Assembly (NCBI GenBank): GCA_040005235.1
Contig: JBDTZG010000033.1
Span: 1-57,651, forward strand
Reading direction: 5' to 3'
From: Acidobacteriota bacterium
Lineage (GTDB): Bacteria; Acidobacteriota; Thermoanaerobaculia; Multivoradales; UBA5704
Length of the DNA: 57,651 nucleotides
Shown here: piece after piece, positions 29,450-36,282 of the stretch
Position numbering within the stretch: the stretch's first letter is position 1
Layout: every line of letters begins with the position of its first letter
The notes under the pieces: model-generated
What the model was told of the DNA's origin: nothing
The model's database searches: none
Seen by the model: only the letters and a program-made list of their open reading frames with translations
Position numbers and translations under genes: made by a program

Positions 29450-29478
29450 GTGAGGGAATCGCCCCGTGACGGTCGTTC
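29450..29478 (+). promoter_or_regulatory. Putative ECF promoter GTGAGGG-N17-CGTTC
   Basis: GTGAGGGAAT-cgccccgtgacggt-CGTTC, 60 bp upstream of ATG 29539; matches the 22980-23008 motif. Confidence 0.6.
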
Positions 29479-29538
29479 CTCCTCCTGAACCCGAACGAGA
29501 TCCCGAACCCGGGGCCTCGAAAGACTCAGGAGGACGCC

Positions 29539-31482
29539 ATGTTTGCCAACATCCTTTCCCGGACGCGCCTGGAAATTTGCGCCGCGCTCTTTCTGGCCGC
29601 AACGCTCGCCTCTCCCGCTTTCGCCGTAGGTCCCTGGGCTTCGAATCCCGTCGTCTTCGGCCAGGAGGTGGGCGGTGTGGTCGATGCCGACTACAGCTCG
29701 GCCTGGAACCACTGGAAGGATCTCGGCTACGCCCCGGTCAACCTGTCCGGCGTCGAGAAGTCGGGAGCCGCCACCCGCTACAGCGGCCTCTGGCACAAAG
29801 ATCCGAGCATCGCCACCTGGACCTCGAAGCGAGGATTGACCGCCACCGCCTACCAGACCCTCTGGGACCAGCTGATCGGCCAGGGCTACCGGGTGCTCGA
29901 CCTCGACGCCCACGTCGTCTCGGGCCAGGCGCTCTACGACGCGATCTGGATCAAGGAGCAAGGGGGCAGCAAGGGGTTCAAGTCCCATCGCATCCTCACC
30001 CTGGCGCAGCTCGACACCAAAATGGCCGAGTACGCCGGGCAGCGCTTCCGGCCGATCCGGGTGAACGGCTACCGCGTCGGCAGCCAGACCTATTACGCCG
30101 CGGTCTGGGTGCAGGACGGCCTGACCGATTTCGGCTACAAGCGCGATCTCACCTCGGCGGATTACTCCTCCTGGTGGACTTTCTACAAGAACGCCGGATA
30201 TCGGCCGGTCGACATCGCGGCCTATCCGACCTCCGCGGGGCTGCGCTACGCCGGGCTCTGGGTGCGCGAAGGCGGAATCGACGGCTGGATTTCGCTGCGC
30301 GATCGGACCGCCGCGCAGATGCAGGCCGAGATCATCGCGCAGAAAAAAGCGAACTACCTGGAAGTGGATCTCGACGCCTACTACGTCGGTTCGGAGCTCC
30401 GCTACTCCGGTATCTGGATCCGCCGCCAGACGAGGAACGTCCTCACCGGCAACGTCGTGCTTTCCGGCTCGCAGATCGATCAGCTGAAGGCGAAGCTCAC
30501 GGAGTACACGACGAACGGCACCGACGGCCGCAAGGGGTCCGTCGGCTTCTATATCGAGGATCTCACCACGGGCCATTGGATCGCCTTCAACCCGAACGAG
30601 CCGTTCTATCTCGCCTCCGCCTCGAAGACCTTCATTGCGGCCAAAGAAGTTTCGATGCCGGAAATGTCGGCCGGCGACCTCTACCAGCTGCGGACCTCCG
30701 ACTGGCGCGGCGAAGCGACCCGCGGCTTCACGAAGGCCGACATTGGCGACAACCAGACGGTCGCGACCTACCTGGACCACATGATCAACAACAGCGACAG
30801 CTGCTCGACCGATCGACTGCATGGCCTGATCGAGCACTTCGACGGCGCGCTCGCGGTCAACAAGTTCCTCGATTCCCAGGCCGACATGCAGAACGTCGGC
30901 GAAATCACCACCATCTGCCAGGTCGACAAGCGGATCGAGGCGAGCGCCGACTCCTGCGTGTTTTCGGTCCCCTGCCACAGCTTCGAAAGCTGGTTCCGGT
31001 CGAACGACAAGAGCTACTCAACGGCCGCCGACATCGCGTGCTTCAACAAGCTGAACGCCTCGCCGGTTTCCACAAACAGCCGCTACGACCTCTACTACAA
31101 CAGCCTCGCCAACTCGGTCACTCCGGCCGAAGCGGGCCGCTTCTTCCGAAGCGTCGCCGACCACGATCTGCTGACCGTCTTCGACGAAGGCGATTTCGTC
31201 CGCGAGCTGGACAAGAACAACTCCTACGCGCCCCCGGCAGCCGGAGCCTTCCAAGCCTGGGGCGGCAAAGACGGCGGCAAATATAAAGTGAAGAGCTGGA
31301 TCGGTCTCGCCTGGAACTGGGATTTCGCAGCGGGCGACTACTCCTCCCTCACTCACCAGTTCAGCGTCGCGATGTTCACCGAAGACTGGACCACCGACGA
31401 CGCGACCGGGGATTCGAAAGCGTCGGCGATCATCGGCGATGCGATCAAGGTCGCGATCCCCTACCTGGTGGGCAAGCGGTAG
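29539..31482 (+). CDS. Secreted serine hydrolase (class A beta-lactamase-like) with N-terminal bacterial tandem repeats (polyglycine-hydrolase-like)
   Basis: About 5 repeats of W....GLT...Y....GYR..D....Y..LW; SxxK (ASASK), NSD, KDG; AGGAGG RBS. Confidence 0.85.
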   Translation: MFANILSRTRLEICAALFLAATLASPAFAVGPWASNPVVFGQEVGGVVDADYSSAWNHWKDLGYAPVNLSGVEKSGAATRYSGLWHKDPSIATWTSKRGLTATAYQTLWDQLIGQGYRVLDLDAHVVSGQALYDAIWIKEQGGSKGFKSHRILTLAQLDTKMAEYAGQRFRPIRVNGYRVGSQTYYAAVWVQDGLTDFGYKRDLTSADYSSWWTFYKNAGYRPVDIAAYPTSAGLRYAGLWVREGGIDGWISLRDRTAAQMQAEIIAQKKANYLEVDLDAYYVGSELRYSGIWIRRQTRNVLTGNVVLSGSQIDQLKAKLTEYTTNGTDGRKGSVGFYIEDLTTGHWIAFNPNEPFYLASASKTFIAAKEVSMPEMSAGDLYQLRTSDWRGEATRGFTKADIGDNQTVATYLDHMINNSDSCSTDRLHGLIEHFDGALAVNKFLDSQADMQNVGEITTICQVDKRIEASADSCVFSVPCHSFESWFRSNDKSYSTAADIACFNKLNASPVSTNSRYDLYYNSLANSVTPAEAGRFFRSVADHDLLTVFDEGDFVRELDKNNSYAPPAAGAFQAWGGKDGGKYKVKSWIGLAWNWDFAAGDYSSLTHQFSVAMFTEDWTTDDATGDSKASAIIGDAIKVAIPYLVGKR

Positions 31483-31495
31483 AGCGGGAGACGGA

Positions 31496-31645
31496 CCCGA
31501 GCGAGGGGTTGAAACCCCTCGCTCGCATACGCCGTCCCTGCGGGACGGAATTGGGACCTGAGATTTTTCGGGTCCTTCGCTCGTTTCAGGGACACGTCCC
31601 GTCAGGGACGTCGTAACCTAGCGAGCGATTTCAATCGCTCGCGGG
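31496..31645. repeat. Inverted REP doublet (REPIN-like)
   Basis: The left arm gcgaggggttgaaacccctcgc..gtccctgcgggac is an inverted copy of the right arm gtcccgtcagggac..gcgagcgatttcaatcgctcgc. Same family at 57540-57650. Confidence 0.85.
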
Positions 31646-31686
31646 ACTTCAGCATGCCGCATCCTCTTGCGTAGCAACCACCCTTC

Positions 31687-31703
31687 GTGTTGCAATGCAA
31701 CAC
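31687..31703. promoter_or_regulatory. Perfect palindromic operator GTGTTGCA-a-TGCAACAC
   Basis: 8-bp inverted repeat ending 1 nt before ATG 31705. Confidence 0.7.
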
Positions 31704-31704
31704 A

Positions 31705-32169
31705 ATGACGCAACAAGAATACGAACACCAAAAGCGCCTTCTCGACGAGCAGCTGCAGGCCGGGATCGCGCTTCTAGAGGCGGCCCACCGCCAGCAGCGG
31801 CGGGCGTTGGATCTGGTTTGGATGACCATGGCGGAGGGGGACATCGCGCCGGGGTTCCCGGTTCCGGCGCTTCTGGCCGCCGCGCCGGCTCGGGAGCGGG
31901 AGGCTCCCCGGCCTGCCGAGAAGCGCGTGCGCCGGCTTCCGGGCGCGCTCCAAGCCGAGGTCGAGGCTGCTCTGGAGAAGCTCCCGGAGCGGTTCGACCG
32001 GAACGATCTGCTGGCGTTGCTCCCGGGGGAACCGGATCGCAGCTCGCTGTTCCGGGTGCTTCAGGAGATGGCGGATGCCGGCCGCTTGAGGGTCGAGCTT
32101 CGCGGGGAGGGGCGCCTGCCGACGCGCTACTACAATCCGCAGGCGCCGGCCGCGGAACCGCCGGACTGA
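31705..32169 (+). CDS. Hypothetical DNA-binding protein (N-terminal coiled coil, C-terminal winged-helix-like)
   Basis: YEHQKRLLDEQLQAGIALLEAAHRQQRRALDLVW coil, A/P/R linker, LPERFDRNDLL...PDRSSLFRVLQEM...GRL....G.GR.PTRY. Confidence 0.75.
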   Translation: MTQQEYEHQKRLLDEQLQAGIALLEAAHRQQRRALDLVWMTMAEGDIAPGFPVPALLAAAPAREREAPRPAEKRVRRLPGALQAEVEAALEKLPERFDRNDLLALLPGEPDRSSLFRVLQEMADAGRLRVELRGEGRLPTRYYNPQAPAAEPPD

Positions 32170-32207
32170 GATCCGCGACCGCCGCTTCGGGCGCGGGCAC
32201 CCTCCTG

Positions 32208-32803
32208 GAGACGCGGGGAAGTGGAGCCACGCAACGCAAAACCAGTGACGCGACGCGAGGTACCGGTGCAATCACGCAACGCACTTCGGTTGCAACGCAC
32301 CGTGGCAGCTTTGAGAAGTTCGGAAGCCGGAATGCAACGCTGCGGACCCGGGATGCAACGCGAGGGAGCGGGAACGCGCAGCCGAGAACCGGCTCCCGGA
32401 GGGCGGAAGCCGCCTCCGAGCGACGGGAAACCACTTCCGTACCTCGGTGCAACGCAATCTCGTAGCTCATCACCTGGATCCTGCGTTGCGAAGGTGGTGC
32501 GTTGCGTCTCGGCGCTGGTACGCCGTGTCGCGCCAGGGGTGCGCGGTGTCTCGTCGCTGGTATTTCCAGTTGCGTCACCAGGTCCGCGCGTTGCGACAGA
32601 GGGGCGTCGTCTTGCGTGAGCGGCGCCTGGTGTTACGGGAGCGGTGCTTCGTTGCGCATCGGTGGAGCGCGGCGTCGCATCCTCGGTGCCGCGGGGTGCG
32701 TGGCCGGTGTTTCGCTCCGCCTCACCCCTTTTTCGCGTTGCCGTGGGAGGTTTTCGCGTTGCGCGGGTGGATCTCCGTCGTACGGCATCGGGCTCCGCGT
32801 CGC
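32208..32803. repeat. Head-to-head 21-bp-phased array of GCAACGC/GCGTTGC motifs
   Basis: GCAACGC-like motifs at 32208, 32250, 32271, 32292, 32334, 32355, 32449. Reverse-complement GCGTTGC-like motifs at 32483, 32504, 32525, 32546, 32567, 32588, 32609, 32630, 32672, 32735, 32756. Confidence 0.85.
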
Positions 32804-32849
32804 AGGAGGCGCGCCGAGGGCGGTTTCGTCCGCTAAGATCCGTCGCCTC

Positions 32850-33353
32850 ATGCCCTCGATGCCCTCGACCAGCGATTCCAAGTTCCTCCGCCAGGCTCGC
32901 TCGCGGTTCCTCATGCGGCTGTTCTTCCTGGGCAAGCTCCCGCTCGCCCTCTTCGCCGGATTGCGGATCGATGAAATCACCGCCGAGCGCTGTGTGGTCT
33001 CGCTGCCCTACGGCTGGCGGTCGACCAACCCATTCCGCTCGATCTATTTCGCGGCGCAAGCGATGGCCGCGGAGCTTTCGACCGGGGCGCTCGCGATGGC
33101 GGCGATCGAAGCTTCCAAAGCTCCGGTTGCGCTGTTGATCGTCGGGCTCGAAGCGACGTTCGAAAAGAAGGCTGGGGCGCGGGTGTCTTTCACCTGCGAG
33201 GCCGGCCCGGCGATCTCCGCGGCGGTCGCCCGCGCGATCGAGACGGGAGAGCCGCAGACCGTGCGGGCCGAGACGATCGGCCGGCTGCCAGACGGCGCCG
33301 TGGCCGCCCGTTTCGCCTTCACCTGGTCGTTCAAGAAGCGGTTAGGGAAATAG
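32850..33353 (+). CDS. DUF4442/YiiD-like hotdog-fold thioesterase
   Basis: KLPLALFAGLR, LPYGWRSTNPFRSIYFAAQAMAAELSTG, FEKKA, FTWSFK. Confidence 0.85.
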   Translation: MPSMPSTSDSKFLRQARSRFLMRLFFLGKLPLALFAGLRIDEITAERCVVSLPYGWRSTNPFRSIYFAAQAMAAELSTGALAMAAIEASKAPVALLIVGLEATFEKKAGARVSFTCEAGPAISAAVARAIETGEPQTVRAETIGRLPDGAVAARFAFTWSFKKRLGK

Positions 33354-33361
33354 GGCCGGGT

Positions 33362-33790
33362 CTATTCCGGATGCCTCTGACGGCTGGTGGCGATCAAAAG
33401 ATCGGAGCCGGGATTGACCGCTGCGAGCAACCGGCCAAGTTGCTCGACGGACGGCATTGTGCGCCCCTGTTCGTATCGCGCGTAGGTGTTCGGCGATGAG
33501 GCACTGAGCCGCTTTGCCGCCTCCGCAAGGGTTACCCCGTTCAGCAAACGTTGGCGCTTCAGCATCAAGGCCGTTAGCGGTGCAAAGTCGGGCGAGCCCA
33601 CTTCGAAATAACCTCCATCCCCAGGAAACACTTCGACCGAGAAACCGGTCTTGTTGACGAGCGCCTCGATGGCATCGGCGACCATCAGGTAGGCCTCGGA
33701 TCGAGTCCCGCCCTGAGTGACGACGCCTAGGATGGGTACCTCGATAGCCCAGAAGCGACCCTGCTTATGCATCCTGCCTTCGAATCTCAT
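33362..33790 (-). CDS. HicB-like antitoxin with XRE HTH
   Basis: MRFEG.....GRFWAIEVPILGVVTQG.TRSEA..M.ADAI; C-terminal HTH YARYEQGRTMPS. Confidence 0.85.
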   Translation of the reverse strand: MRFEGRMHKQGRFWAIEVPILGVVTQGGTRSEAYLMVADAIEALVNKTGFSVEVFPGDGGYFEVGSPDFAPLTALMLKRQRLLNGVTLAEAAKRLSASSPNTYARYEQGRTMPSVEQLGRLLAAVNPGSDLLIATSRQRHPE

Positions 33791-33853
33791 GACTTTGCTC
33801 CTTTGGCCTCTCGAAGAATCGCCTTCGCCGCGCTCGAGGTCGCGGCGCTTCAC
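33787..33853 (-). pseudogene. Internally deleted HicA toxin remnant
   Basis: GTG-KRRDLER start joined out of frame to AAKAILREAKGAKS*, whose TGA overlaps the hicB ATG. Confidence 0.65.
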
Positions 33854-33939
33854 GGGTGGAGAATTACACCGATCCGTGTCCAGAGCAAGGCGCTGGTGAG
33901 GAGCATGCGTATGCAAGACAGCCTGTCTCCTTTGCCGCC

Positions 33940-33969
33940 TGGCCCCCTTCTCCCCAATTCGCCGCCTCT
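33940..33969 (+). promoter_or_regulatory. Putative ECF promoter TGGCCCC-N16-CGCCTCT (copy 1)
   Basis: Identical boxes and spacing at 34797 and 43098. Confidence 0.75.
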
Positions 33970-34006
33970 CCTCGCGCCACGGATTTTGTGGCCAAAGGAG
34001 AGAACG

Positions 34007-34936
34007 ATGCGTAGACGATCGAGTTGGATTCGGCTTGCCTTGGCGGCCCTCGGGATTCTCGGAGGGTTTCTCGCCGCGGCGCTGCCCGGCGCGGCGCAGG
34101 GTTGGGACCAGGCGTATGGGAACCTGGCGAACACCGGCTTTGTGAACGTGACGACCCACGTTCCGGTTTCGCCACGGTGGATCTTTCAGCTGGACGGTTC
34201 GGTGAGCGCGGGCGGTCCTTCGGTGAGCGGCAAGGACGGCACGATCTGGGTCGGCACGGCGAACGGCACCCTTTGGGGGTTCTTGTCGAACGGCAGCGTC
34301 CTCTGCTCGCGGAACTTCAAGGAATCGACGATCACCTCCACCCCAGCGTTCTTTCCCAACGGGGATGTCGCGATCCTGGTCAGCCAGACCGTCGCCGGCT
34401 CCCCTTGGAAACAGACGTCGATCGCGCGGCTCACTCCCGCTTGCGCGATCGTCTGGAAAGTCCAGCTGCCGCAAGGTCGTACCTACCCGAGCACCGCCTC
34501 GGGGTCGGTCAAGATCTGGACCCGGAACGGCGTTCCGTTTCTGTTCGTGCATGGGCGCCAGACGATCAACGTCGACCTGACCACCGCGGACCCCGAAAGC
34601 TTCAACGAGCTGCTCGTCTACGACGCGAACGGCAGCATCTTCGCCCGGCGCCAGTCGGGGAATGGGTGCATCACGGTGAGTGGGGGTGGTGGATTCCTGA
34701 CCGCCAACAGCGCGGGCGATCCGCTTTACGGCGACATTTGGAATTTCCTGACCAGCTTCTGGCCGCCGCTCGACGTCCTTCGGCCCGCCTTAGATTTGGC
34801 CCCCATTTCCCGCGCTTCCCGCCTCTCCTTGGCAACAACCTTCAGATTGCCAAGGAGAGAACGATGCGCACACATGGGGGAGGGCCCCGGCGGGCTTTTG
34901 CCGCTTGGGGATTTGTTTTCGGTGGCTTGGGTCTAG
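34007..34936 (+). pseudogene. 3'-truncated PQQ-like beta-propeller secreted protein (paralogue of the next gene)
   Basis: WDQAYGNLANTGFVN and further motifs shared with the next gene. Similarity ends near 34690-34770, then the ORF runs through the next promoter and start. Confidence 0.65.
34797..34826 (+). promoter_or_regulatory. Putative ECF promoter TGGCCCC-N16-CGCCTCT (copy 2)
   Basis: See copies 1 and 3. Confidence 0.75.
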
Positions 34937-36282
34937 CGGCGTCGGCAGGCGCCGCGGGGGGTTGGGATCAGGCGTACGGCAACCTGGCGAATACGGGTTT
35001 CGTCAACACCACTACGAACATTCCGGTGGTGGCGAACTGGGCGTTCTCGCTGGAGGGTGAAGTGGGCACGAGCGGGCCGGCGGTCGATTCCGTCAGCGGC
35101 ACGATCTATCTCGGCTCGGCGAACGGAACGTTCTGGTCGATCTTGCCCGACGGAAAACTCAACTGCAAGCGGATGTTCAAGGACCGGTCGATCCCGTCGG
35201 TGCCCGCGATTTTTCCCAACGGCGACGTGGCGATCCTCCTAACCCGGCCCGCGGGTGATAAAAAGCAGACGGCCCTGGTGCGAATGGCGCCCAATTGCAG
35301 CGTGGTCTGGCAGGTCGACCTGCCGACCATGTTTGGCAACCCCAGCTCCGCTTCCGGCTCGGCGAAGATCTGGACGCTCGACGGCCGGTCGTTCCTCTTC
35401 GTCCACGTGCATGATTCCAACTTCGATTTTTCCTTCGAGCCGTACAGTTTCGATGAGCTGATCGTCTTCGACGACTTGGGCCGGACCTTCGCCCGGCTCC
35501 CCGTCGGGGACGGGTGCCTCGACCTCCGCGGCGGGGGCCGGTTCAGCGCCGACCCCCATCGCCGAAAGGATTCGAGCGGCTCGCCGGACTCCGACGTGGC
35601 AGGGCAAGTCGCCGTAACCACCGGCTGGCCCGATTCGACCCCGGCGATTCTGGATACGCCGCTGCACGGCTTTTCGACTCCCAGAGCTCCGCTCGTCGCG
35701 GTCACAGACGACCTTTGCGACGTACGTTTGGAGGTCCTCCAGTTCGATCCCGCGGCGGCCACCGTGGCGGGGCGCCTGGTCAAGCGCTGGGGCCATCGGG
35801 GCGAAGAGGACGGTGTGCGGCTTTCAAGCCCGACCGTCACGCCGGAAGGGTTGATCGTGTTTGGCACCAGCTGCTACCGGGTGCGAATCTACGACCTCAA
35901 CACGCTGTCGCTCCGAAGCTCTTTCGATTCGACCTACGCGGTGATGCATCCGCCAGCCTTGGCGCCCGATGCCTGGCTGGTCAATTCCGAATACGCGGCC
36001 CATCTGCTCAAGCCGGGGACCAACACCCCGATCGATACGGCACGGCCGCAGCCCGTGTACACCTTGGGCTCGGCAACCGGCGTAGCCGCGAGCCTGAACG
36101 AAATGGTCGTTCCGAACCTTCAGGAGTTGGGGGTCTGGAGCCACGATCTGCTGAGCCGCACTCACGCTCTGGATCACGAGGAATTCCGTACTTCGAGCCC
36201 GGCCTTGACGCCGGACGGGAGGCTCTACGTCGTGTCCCAGACCAGCGAAAAATCATTCCTGTTCGCGTTGGGACCGCCCTGA
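34864..36282 (+). CDS. Secreted PQQ-like beta-propeller protein
   Basis: AAGGAGAG RBS, signal peptide, W.Q..G...NTG, SGPAV..GTIYLGS.NG, SSPTV, SSPAL..DG.LYV, LFALG. Confidence 0.82.
   Translation: MRTHGGGPRRAFAAWGFVFGGLGLAASAGAAGGWDQAYGNLANTGFVNTTTNIPVVANWAFSLEGEVGTSGPAVDSVSGTIYLGSANGTFWSILPDGKLNCKRMFKDRSIPSVPAIFPNGDVAILLTRPAGDKKQTALVRMAPNCSVVWQVDLPTMFGNPSSASGSAKIWTLDGRSFLFVHVHDSNFDFSFEPYSFDELIVFDDLGRTFARLPVGDGCLDLRGGGRFSADPHRRKDSSGSPDSDVAGQVAVTTGWPDSTPAILDTPLHGFSTPRAPLVAVTDDLCDVRLEVLQFDPAAATVAGRLVKRWGHRGEEDGVRLSSPTVTPEGLIVFGTSCYRVRIYDLNTLSLRSSFDSTYAVMHPPALAPDAWLVNSEYAAHLLKPGTNTPIDTARPQPVYTLGSATGVAASLNEMVVPNLQELGVWSHDLLSRTHALDHEEFRTSSPALTPDGRLYVVSQTSEKSFLFALGPP

Noticed and set aside
32170-32810. 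CRISPR array or protein-coding interpretation (ORFs 31649..32578, 31695..32465, 32130..33059, upstream part of 32502..33353)
   Set aside because: The conserved motif is only ~7 bp with a 21-bp period and there are no cas genes. The ORFs are low-complexity, open in several frames and overlap real genes, and the motif flips strand midway.
34024-34863. 752-aa ORF suggesting a frameshifted single gene
   Set aside because: The upstream part is an off-frame read of the first paralogue; the second gene has its own promoter, RBS and signal peptide at 34864.
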